This document shows positions 14,501 through 26,500 of a stretch of DNA of 64,000 bases, one piece after another. Position 1 is the stretch's first letter; each line of letters opens with the position of its first letter. The notes below the pieces were generated by a model, which was not told where the DNA came from, ran no database searches, and saw only the letters and a list, made by a program, of their open reading frames with translations. Both the position numbers and the translations under genes were made by a program. The DNA is from Antedon mediterranea (taxonomy: Eukaryota; Animalia; Echinodermata), in contig NC_092673.1 of the NCBI RefSeq assembly GCF_964355755.1, forward strand, positions 17,853,648 through 17,917,647, in the 5' to 3' direction.

Positions 14501-17500
14501 AATTTATTGGAATAAACTACCCTACCACACAATATTGTATTAAAACACATTCCCTGAACACGAATAAATACGGTATTAAACTTTGACAATAAATCTTGTA
14601 AATATAAAACATATAAGAATGTTTTACTTACAGCCAATGACAATTACTACTATGACAAAAGCTACAAAATCCAGCAGTTGTGTTGGCAAAAGAACCCTCA
14701 GTCGACGCACCCATGAATTATCAACCATACGAAATTCAATATCGCATGATTCAGCTCAACTTCAATTTAATCATGAAATGCAATCTAACTTGCCACCAAT
14801 TGGTATCATTGATGATGTTGACAGGTCACTGGCCATCAAAGCTGACTGCGATCTTACTTGGCAACAAATACGGAAACTAAGAAGGCAAGTATGAAAATTA
14901 AGAAAATAGTGCATAAAATAATATATCAACATTTTAATTGGCTATATTTTAAAATGTCATTTTACAAAAATTAAATTGTTATTCTAAATTCTATTCAAGA
15001 TATGTGAAACCAGGTGTTATAGCATCGGAAGGTAAAATGCGAGATCGCCAATCGGATATTGTAGATGGATACTTACATGGTTCCATGGAAGAATTCATCT
15101 TAAAAAGTGATGCAGCAAATGCCGAGAATGGATTTGTAATATTTTCTGCCCCTGTTGTGCGGGTGATTAATATTGAGAGGTTGATGTTTTCCTACTTGGA
15201 CCACCATCATGAGTAAATAACATGCTTATTTTACATTTTGTAACTCCAAATTTATGCAAACAATAAAATAAAAATACAATATTGTATATTTCACTTACAG
15301 ATTAAACAATCTAAAGTTCTACAACAACGAAGTGTGGATCAAATTTGGAGGTGACAAAGGAGGCGGCAGTACGAAATTTGAACTGCAAATTTGCAGTCTA
15401 GAGAAACCAAACGCCCTTCGCAACATTATTGTTATTCTAATGTTCGAGGCACCAGATTATACCATCAACATCAGCAGGGTATTTCCGGATGTATGCGAAG
15501 AGGTCATGAAACTGAATGGAGGTATGTCTTCAACATTAAAATTATTTTAATTTAAAAAAAACAATCTTTTTTTGTGTGCTGTATTAATTTAAATTTTTTT
15601 TCCTTTAAGGGGCCACAAAATTCGTCTCTTTTTCTTTGGAGACTACGAGTTTTTGTCACGGATGTATGGCCTAAATGGACCAAATGGTAAGATAGAGTAT
15701 CTTATTTAATATGCATTTAATGTGAATTATAATTTATTGTATACAAACCTTAATTGTTATTTCAAATCTTTCATTAGGAAGGTACTGCTGTCTCTTTTGC
15801 CATCATACCAAACATCAGATATGCAGAGGTGATGTTCCAAAAGACCACAGGTCTATAAAGACATTGAATGAAGACTATCAATTGTTTGAAGATCATGGAA
15901 TGGTAAACTCCAAGGAGGTATCCAGGAGTGTAATCAGAAAAACAATGGTGCCTATTGACATCGACCATGTAGGAAATATATATATTTTGGTTAAATATTG
16001 TTTTCATAGTTATGCACTTATCAATTGTGTGACTTACCATATGAACCCCGGTAGAAGTGCATCAGGTCTCGGGTCCATTCTATTGTCGCCACAGATTGAT
16101 ATCTTCATCAGTACTTCTATGAATGGATGATTAGGTGGGAACACGAACGCTAGTTGATCATACCCAGTACCGTTTGATCGTACGATTAATCGGGAAACTA
16201 CCTTACGATATCGAAACGTGGCAGGCTGAAGGCGCTTGACCTTTGACAAGATCGCCTAAATTTTTAGTTTTTAACTTTACAATACTTAGTGTTGTATATT
16301 CTGGTACAGCCGCTTCATGATCTCTTTGCTTTTCTTCCTTATATCTTTACTCTTTTTAAAAGTTTTACTAACGATTTTTATTTTATTTTATTTTATTATA
16401 TTTATATTTTTGCTTCATGTACACGACAACTAACGATCAAATAACAGTTTTTCACATCGCAACTTATACAACGTAATTTTGAAAACTACAACCATTTTTC
16501 TATATACATACAACGTACATTTCTAGTCTAACAAAAACATTTTTCTAAACTTTCTATTATTTAAAAGTCGAAGATAGCCAGGTCTCGGGTCCATTCTATT
16601 GTCGCCACAGATTGATATCTTCATCAGTACTTCTATGAATGGATGATTAGGTGGGAACACGAACGCTAGTTGATCATACCCAGTACCGTTTGATCGTACG
16701 ATTAATCGGGAAACTACCTTACGAAATCTGAATTGAGTTTCTATCACTCAGCTGCTTATTAAAGAATTAATTAAATTTAAATATTAATTTACTTACAGCT
16801 TCAAATATATCAGACTTCATGTCCAACTGCAGAAAATTGGAGATCAACATATCTCCAAAATTGCACATGCTCGAATTTCATGTTGTGGAATTTTTAAAGC
16901 GATGGCATGTTGGAATCGGCTTGTTAAATGAGCAGGGGGGTGAACTTATTCACTCGTCATTTAACAAAAAAAGAAGAAGTCTCTATGGTGTAAAGTCAGC
17001 TCTGGCAAAAACAATGTCAGTGATGAAGAATCACTTAATCTTCACACAACCTGAAGTTCAAGCAAAAATAAAACATGCTGTGAAAAGGAAGCACAGTATG
17101 TATTTTAAATACCATCAGTAAACCTTTGATGATTTTGTAGAAATAATAGTATTATCAAAGTATTTGTTTTTGTTTGCAGATGCAGAACAGTAGATGGTTG
17201 AAGTGCTGCTATGTCAAATAACTGTTGCAATATTAGAAATATCTGTATAAACAAAATTTAGTTAGGTGTGCTTGCATACATTTATGCAGAGCAGTAGATG
17301 ATTGAAGTGCTGCTATGTCAACTAACTGTAGACAACATCGTAGATTTCTTTTTTCTTCACTTAATTAGTGTTTAATATAAATATTCAAACAAATGTTAGT
17401 TTATATACATACCATTTAAACAGTATCTGAATAATGATTGGAGCTCATCCATGTGTTCTGAAAAATATTATATGTTCCAAATAGTTTTAATTAATGGAAA

Positions 17501-20500
17501 TTATCATAAAACAGTTTGACATTTGTCAAAATGTCAAGACATGTTTGGATCAGTAAATATTAATTTAACGGCAGCGTTGTCAACTGAAGTATTTATTTAA
17601 ATAGAGGGACTATGTGTACAAAACAAAGGTAACTAAAGTAAAAAGTACATATTTTTTCCTCACTTACTTTAAAAAAAACTGTTTAATACTATAAGTATTA
17701 ATACAAATGGTTATAGGTTAAATAATATACATACCATTTAAACAGTATCTGTTATATTACTGAATTCATTCCTGTTATTGTGGATGTATAGTACGAGAAC
17801 TGTCATTTGATATTCTTATACATTCTGTGCCAAAACCATTGTAATACACCTCAATAATTCTATGCAAATTACTCTTTTCGTTTAACTTCAATGCCCGTCA
17901 CTTTTGACTGTGACAATATTGATTGGAGCACATCCATGTGTTCTGAAAAAAAAAAATATTATATGTTATTTGTTTAAATGCCAAGACATGTTTGGATCAG
18001 TAAATATTAATTTAACGGCAGCATTGTCAATTGAAGTATTTATTTAAATAGAGTGACTAGGCCTATGCGTACAAACATTTTGACAAAAGCTGACTAAAGT
18101 AAAAAGTACCTATTTTTTCCTCATTACCCTTTAAAAAAAACTGTTTAATACTATAAATATTAAAACAAATGGTTTTAGGTTAAATAATATACATACCATT
18201 TAAACAGTATCTTTTATATTACTGCATTAATTATTTAACCGATTCACCACGATAAGCGCTTAAAGCGCTCAAAAGGTTAAAAGTCAAGGTCATTGTAAAC
18301 AAATTTTCAACAACAAAAAAGTAAATCGAATTTACATGCGCAGTTTGCTGTGCATGAATCGTAACAACAAATTATACAAAATACTCACAACTTTTTTTAA
18401 AAAAATATGCTTCTAAATATATAAAAACAATTGTTGAAGTTAGTTTGAAAATAAAATTCGAAAATATAACCGTTTTTCGAAGCACGCTGTTCGAAACGCG
18501 ACAGGCGCGTTGAATGAATCTAGGCCTAAACATACAACGTAAAATCGTCTAAAATCCATCTTTATTTCTAATAATCACTATTTTGAAGCTTGTATACAAT
18601 AAATGTATAATAAATAAAGATTATGTATCAGTTACAGTGTCTAAATCGTCATATTTCCATGTAAAAATGTGATTTTTCTACCGGAGAAAAGTCGTGAAGA
18701 TGTCCTCATGAGGGCCGCGCCATATTGTTTACCTTTGATTGTAATATGAACCCTGACATGTCAGATGCATTATGGGCATGAAATATTTGTTCAAACTCTG
18801 CGCAAAGGTCAGTTTATTGAAGCATAACTTTTGACAAACATTTTGATACCAAACTTGTTTTAATTTCATAAGTTTTCGACGCATTTTCGTCAAATTTTCT
18901 GCAAGCTACACGTCTAAAACAGCGGACTAAGCTCCCGAGGGATGCCGGTGCGCATGGGAATCGCGAATTCCAAGTCGCTTTCGGGATGTTTTTTTTAACA
19001 TTCCCGGTGAACAAACAGCGGCGAGGACGCTCTCGGGGCGGCTCCCGATAGGCCTAGGCCCCATATTGTCATCGTCGGATGAGTCAGTCTACTAATTTCT
19101 TCATAATTTCGAAACCGGTCATTCATAATGGTCAAGTTTGGTCTTATTTTGAAGAGAAGAAATAGGTTCTGATGAAGAGATGAGTTTTATTATGAAATAT
19201 TTATTAATTTTTGTGCATTTGGTAGTCAAAGATAAATTACAAATTTTTAATAATTTTCCTAAAATATTTCTAAAATTTGCATAATCCATACTCCGCCAAA
19301 ATAAGTTGTAACACAAATTTGATAACATATTTGGAAATAAAATGTCCTTTGAATTATTTTTGTTTTTTAATTTTTTTAATGTCTGTGTTTCGAAAAAAAG
19401 TTAGGGTTAATTATATGACATATGCTTTTTGGGTCCCAGGGGAGCAAAATAAACTTAGGGGTCAATGGGTTAATGGGTGGATATACTAGCCTAGCTAGCC
19501 TAGGCCTACTAACTACTACTACTAGGCCTAGACCTAGCTAGCCTAACTAGGCCTAGCCTAGTATACTGGACATCATCGCTGATGTAATCATTATTATTAC
19601 CCAGTCCACCCCATCCAGATATCCATCCTAGTGCTAGGCCTATGTTAAGTTTTAAAATTTTAAATTAATATTATCACCTAAACTAAGCCTAGGCTAATGT
19701 ATTTTTTTTAAATAAAAAATAATCATTATCTTTATATACAAGCCAAGCCAAGTCGCGTCAACCTGGTAAGTGGACTTGACTACCCACGTGGGTAGATGGG
19801 GCGATCTTGGCCATGCTGTTACAATTCAAACACGGTTCACGTCAAGCTGAAACCTTATTTTAACAATTCTCGTAACAATTGCCTACCAAATAAAATAAAT
19901 ATCAGTTCCTAAAGTGACTAACAACTAATTATATATAAATATCCAAATTTAACCATATTTTTACATTGAATAATTACTAATTTTAAGCATATTTACACTC
20001 TAATTTCAACTACTCACCAGGCTTCGAAGAAACACGCTGTCTTTCTCGCCATCCCATAGTAAGATAAAATAACCGCTCATTTAACATTTTCTCATGAATA
20101 TTCATATTTTTTTTCGTTTTTAAGGCTCTAATTCGTTAATTGTAGAGGTCACTCACAAAATCTCAGAAAAAACGTGGCTTCCGGGTAAAATTATAGTGCG
20201 CCCTCTCTGGTTAGTTTATGGAAAATATTAGATTAAAACTATAGAGGGGGTATGACTTTTTGTCAATAACGAAACCACCGTGAGTAACAGGGGTACCCAT
20301 TCAGTAATACTAGTACTATACTAGTTTACTACAGTAGTACTAGCAAGGCCTATCCTGAAAGAGGTCTTGCTGCTTACAGATTTTTAGAATGATACAAAAG
20401 TATGATAATGTTAATCCGGGTGTCTTTTTTGAATTAGCACCATCTACTGTAACTAGAGGCCACAATTTTAAAATTAAAAAAGTTCATAGTAAATCGAAAC

Positions 20501-23500
20501 ACAGACAGAAATTCTTTTCAATATCTGCAGTAAATGATTGGAATAGTTTGCCATATCATATAGTAAATGCATCCTCTATAAATAATTTTAAAACCCATCT
20601 TGAAACACACTGGAAAACCCACAACCTAAAGTTTGAGCCATATAACCAAGATGTTCAAAGAGGGACTCACAAACCTTAACAGGTTTATAGTCTAAAGGTC
20701 AAGGTAAATCAAGGTAAAGGCCTATCCTGCATGGGACACATAGTACTATACTAGTTTACTACAGTAGTACTAGCAAGGCCTATCCTGCATGGGACACATA
20801 GTACTATACTAGTTTACTACAGTAGCACTAGCAAGGCCTATCCTGCATGGGACACATAGTACTATACTAGTTTACAACAGTAGTACTAGCAAGGCCTATC
20901 CTGCATGGGACACATAGTACTATACTAGTTTACTACAGTAGTACTAGCAAGGCCTATCCTGCATGGGACACATAGTACTATACTAGTTTACTACAGTAGT
21001 ACTAGCAAGGCCTATCCTGCATGGGACACATAGTACTATACTAGTTTACAACAGTAGTACTATCAAGGCCTATCCTGCATGGGACACATAGTACTATACT
21101 AGTTTACAACAGTAGTACTAGCAAGGCCTATCCTGCATGGGACACATAGTACTATACTAGTTTACTACAGTAGTACTATCAAGGCCTATCCTGCATGGGA
21201 CACATAGTACTATACTAGTTTACTACAGTAGTACTAGCAAGGCCTATCCTGCATGGGACACATAGTACTATACTAGTTTACTACAGTAGTACTAGCAAGG
21301 CCTATCCTGCATGGGACACATAGTACTATACTAGTTTACTACAGTAGTACTATCAAGGCCTATCCTGCATGGGACACATAGTACTATACTAGTTTACTAC
21401 AGTAGTACTAGCAAGGCCTATCCTGCATGGGACACATAGTACTATACTAGTTTACTACAGTAGTACTATCAAGGCCTATCCTGCATGGGACACATAGTAC
21501 TATACTAGTTTACTACAGTAGTACTAGCAAGGCCTATCCTGCATGGGACACATAGTACTATACTAGTTTACTACAGTAGTACTAGCAAGGCCTATCCTGC
21601 ATGGGACACATAGTACTATACTAGTTTACTACAGTAGTACTATCAAGGCCTATCCTGCATGGGACACATAGTACTATACTAGTTTACTACAGTAGTACTA
21701 GCAAGGCCTATCCTGCATGGGACACATAGTACTATACTAGTTTACAACAGTAGTACTATCAAGGCCTATCCTGCATGGGACACATAGTACTATACTAGTT
21801 TACTACAGTAGTACTATCAAGGCCTATCCTGCATGGGACACATAGTACTATACTAGTTTACTACAGTAGTACTAGCAAGGCCTATCCTGCATGGGACACA
21901 TAGTACTATACTAGTTTACTACAGTAGTACTAGCAAGGCTTATCCTGCATGGGACACATAGTACTATACTAGTTTACTACAGTAGTACTAGCAAGGCCTA
22001 TCCTGCATGGGACACATAGTACTATACTAGTTTACAACAGTAGTACTAGCAAGGCCTATCCTGCATGGGACACATAGTACTATACTAGTTTACTACAGTA
22101 GTACTAGCAAGGCCTATCCTGCATGGGACACATAGTACTATACTAGTTTACTACAGTAGTACTATCAAGGCCTATCCTGCATGGGACACATAGTACTATA
22201 CTAGTTTACAACAGTAGTACTAGCAAGGCCTATCCTGCATGGGACACATAGTACTATACTAGTTTACTACAGTAGTACTATCAAGGCCTATCCTGCATGG
22301 GACACATAGTACTATACTAGTTTACAACAGTAGTACTAGCAAGGCCTATCCTGCATGGGACACATAGTACTATACTAGTTTACAACAGTAGTACTAGCAA
22401 GGCCTATCCTGCATGGGACACATAGTACTATACTAGTTTACTACAGTAGTACTAGCAAGGCCTATCCTGCATGGGACACATAGTACTATACTAGTTTACT
22501 ACAGTAGTACTAGCAAGGCCTATCCTGCATGGGACACATAGTACTATACTAGTTTACTACAGTAGTACTAGCAAGGCCTATCCTGCATGGGACACATAGT
22601 ACTATACTAGTTTACTACAGTAGTACTAGCAAGGCCTATCCTGCATGGGACACATAGTACTATACTAGTTTACAACAGTAGTACTAGCAAGGCCTATCCT
22701 GCATGGGACACATAGTACTATACTAGTTTACTACAGTAGTACTAGCAAGGCCTATCCTGCATGGGACACATAGTACTATACTAGTTTACTACAGTAGTAC
22801 TAGCAAGGCCTATCCTGCATGGGACACATAGTACTATACTAGTTTACTACAGTAGTACTAGCAAGGCCTATCATGCATGGGACACATAGTACTATACTAG
22901 TTTACTACAGTAGTACTAGCAAGGCCTATCATGCATGGGACACATAGTACTATACTAGTTTACTACAGTAGTACTAGCAAGGCCTATCCTGCATGGGACA
23001 CATAGTACTATACTAGTTTACTACAGTAGTACTAGCAAGGCCTATCCTGCATGGGACACATAGTACTATACTAGTTTACTACAGTAGTACTAGCAAGGCC
23101 TATCCTGCATGGGACACATAGTACTATACTAGTTTACTACAGTAGTACTAGCAAGGCCTATCCTGCATGGGACACATAGTACTATACTAGTTTACTACAG
23201 TAGTACTAGTAAGGCCTATCCTGCATGGGACACATAGTACTATACTAGTTTACTACAGTAGTACTAGCAAGGCCTATCCTGCATGGGACACATAGTACTA
23301 TACTAGTTTATTACAGTAGTACTAGCAAGGCCTATCCTGCATGGGACACATAGTACTATACTAGTTTACTACAGTAGTACTAGCAAGGCCTATCCTGCAT
23401 GGGACACATAGTACTATACTAGTTTACAACAGTAGTACTAGCAAGGCCTATCCTGCATGGGACACATAGTACTATACTAGTTTACAACAGTAGTACTAGC

Positions 23501-26500
23501 AAGGCCTATCCTGCATGGGACACATAGTACTATACTAGTTTACAACAGTAGTACTAGCAAGGCCTATCCTGCATGGGACACATAGTACTATACTAGTTTA
23601 CTACAGTAGTACTAGCAAGGCCTATCCTGCATGGGACACATAGTACTATACTAGTTTACTACAGTAGTACTAGCAAGGCCTATCCTGCATGGGACACATA
23701 GTACTATACTAGTTTACTACAGTAGTACTAGCAAGGCCTATCCTGCATGGGACACATAGTACTATACTAGTTTACTACAGTAGTACTAGCAAGGCCTATC
23801 CTGCATGGGACACATAGTACTATACTAGTTTACTACAGTAGTACTAGCAAGGCCTATCCTGCATGGGACACATAGTACTATACTAGTTTACTACAGTAGT
23901 ACTAGCAAGGCCTATCCTGCATGGGACACATAGTACTATACTAGTTTACTACAGTAGTACTAGCAAGGCCTATCCTGCATGGGACACATAGTACTATACT
24001 AGTTTACTACAGTAGTACTAGCAAGGCCTATCCTGCATGGGACACATAGTACTATACTAGTTTACAACAGTAGTACTAGCAAGGCCTATCCTGCATGGGA
24101 CACATAGTACTATACTAGTTTACTACAGTAGTACTAGAAAGGCCTATCCTGCATGGGACACATAGTACTATACTAGTTTACTACAGTAGTACTAGCAAGG
24201 CCTATCCTGCATGGGACACATAGTACTATACTAGTTTACTACAGTAGTACTAGCAAGGCCTATCCTGCATGGGACACATAGTACTATACTAGTTTACTAC
24301 AGTAGTACTAGCAAGGCCTATCATGCATGGGACACATAGTACTATACTAGTTTACTACAGTAGTACTAGCAAGGCCTATCCTGCATGGGACACATAGTAC
24401 TATACTAGTTTACAACAGTAGTACTAGCAAGGCCTATCCTGCATGGGACACATAGTACTATCCTAGTTTACTACAGTAGTACTAGCAAGTCCTATCCTGC
24501 ATGGGACACATAGTACTATACTAGTTTACTACAGTAGTACTAGCAAGGCCTATCCTGCATGGGACACATAGTACTATACTAGTTTACAACAGTAGTACTA
24601 TCAAGGCCTATCCTGCATGGGACACATAGTACTATACTAGTTTACAACAGTAGTACTAGCAAGGCCTATCCTGCATGGGACACATAGTACTATACTAGTT
24701 TACTACAGTAGTACTAGCAAGGCCTATCCTGCATGGGACACATAGTACTATACTAGTTTACTACAGTAGTACTAGCAAGGCCTATCCTGCATGGGACACA
24801 TAGTACTATACTAGTTTACTACAGTAGTACTAGCAAGGCCTATCATGCATGGGACACATAGTACTATACTAGTTTACTACAGTAGTACTAGCAAGGCCTA
24901 TCCTGCATGGGACACATAGTACTATACTAGTTTACAACAGTAGTACTAGCAAGGCCTATCCTGCATGGGACACATAGTACTATACTAGTTTACTACAGTA
25001 GTACTAGCAAGGCCTATCATGCATGGGACACATAGTACTATACTAGTTTACTACAGTAGTACTAGCAAGGCCTATCCTGCATGGGACACATAGTACTATA
25101 CTAGTTTACTACAGTAGTACTAGCAAGGCCTATCCTGCATGGGACACATAGTACTATACTAGTTTACTACAGTAGTACTAGCAAGGCCTATCATGCATGG
25201 GACACATAGTACTATACTAGTTTACTACAGTAGTACTAGCAAGGCCTATCCTGCATGGGACACATAGTACTATACTAGTTTACTACAGTAGTACTAGCAA
25301 GGCCTATCCTGCATGGGACACATAGTACTATACTAGTTTACTACAGTAGTACTAGCAAGGCCTATCCTGCATGGGACACATAGTACTATACTAGTTTACA
25401 ACAGTAGTACTAGCAAGGCCTATCCTGCATGGGACACATAGTACTATACTAGTTTACAACAGTAGTACTAGCAAGGCCTATCCTGCATGGGACACATAGT
25501 ACTATACTAGTTTACTACAGTACTACTAGCAAGGCCTATCCTGCATGGGACACATACTGTAGTATCATCACAGACGCATTCAATTTGAACCTGAACTAAA
25601 TAAACTAGCATTAACACAAACGCATAAAATCAACAGTTTAATTGAGAAATAGTTTTACAGCAATGCATTAATCTTTGTTGGGAACACATTGGGAAAGCAA
25701 AACCAAGGACAAGCCTCTACCCACCCGTGGCTTACGTACGAGCCTAGCTATGGCTGCCTTCAGCCAACTACTGTCAAGTCCTAAATTTTAATTGTTTAAT
25801 ATACCAAAACTTGCCACATATAGCCAAGTCTAGAATGACACACATGTGACTGTCAATTTTTCCAGAATTTACAATGTCAAGTTTTCCAAAGTTTACAGTA
25901 GTTTGATATTTCTTATTGAACTTGATCTCAACCTGACATAATTCCACAATATTTTTATTTTGAAATAGTAGAGTGGAGAGAGAACATAACACAAATTTAA
26001 TATTTACCTCAATTACTTTTTAATTTGTTTAATTTTTTTTTTGCTTTTACATTTTGTTGATATTCTATACTTATAATTAAACAAACAAATTATTTTCATT
26101 TTGGAAACAATAATAAAAAATAATAATAAATGTGCTATAATTTTATTTGCAGACAGGAACACAATTGCAGAATCGAAAACTTGCGACAATTTCCAAGATC
26201 TAAAAGCTGGTCTCAGTGGATGCTTTGACGGTGAAAAATACCGTTGGCTAAGATTCCTACTATTTTCTCACTTGAGTGTCAGTGAAATTACAAATCCACA
26301 GTTCAATGGACATAACTTACTCAATACACTTGAAGACAAAGATTTCATCTCACCAACCAATGTTAACTTGCTGTTAGAGATTACAAATATATCTGAAATC
26401 CAACAGGCCAAAGATCTTGTATCAAAGTATATGAGAGACAACAACATTCTGAATAGACATACTGATAGAACCAAGTTGTCACCTTACAGAAAGCGACTGT

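Larger units (their letters stand above)
12765..20282 (+). mobile_element. Chapaev-superfamily DNA transposon (7518 bp) with RSS-like bipartite ends
   Basis: 13-bp perfect TIR CACGGTGGTTTCG at both ends; 4-bp TSD AGTA (12761-12764 and 20283-20286); encloses a transposase gene. Confidence 0.92.

Noticed and set aside
16090-16115. Hammerhead ribozyme
   Set aside because: CTGATGA and a stem II are present on the - strand, but the required GAAA does not follow.
16034-16249. GTGYD peptide in a - strand ORF resembling the RAG1 GTGYDE catalytic motif
   Set aside because: It is antisense to the transposase, lies inside the duplicated insert and has no flanking similarity; treated as chance.
12765-20282. 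Bona fide RAG1L-RAG2L (ProtoRAG) or Transib transposon
   Set aside because: The TSD is 4 bp rather than 5, the core motifs are Chapaev-type (GGDKGGG, GDYEFL, EQGGE), and no kelch-repeat RAG2L ORF is visible.
20717-25556. CRISPR array
   Set aside because: Units are head-to-tail with no unique spacers, there are no cas genes, and the context is a eukaryotic intron.
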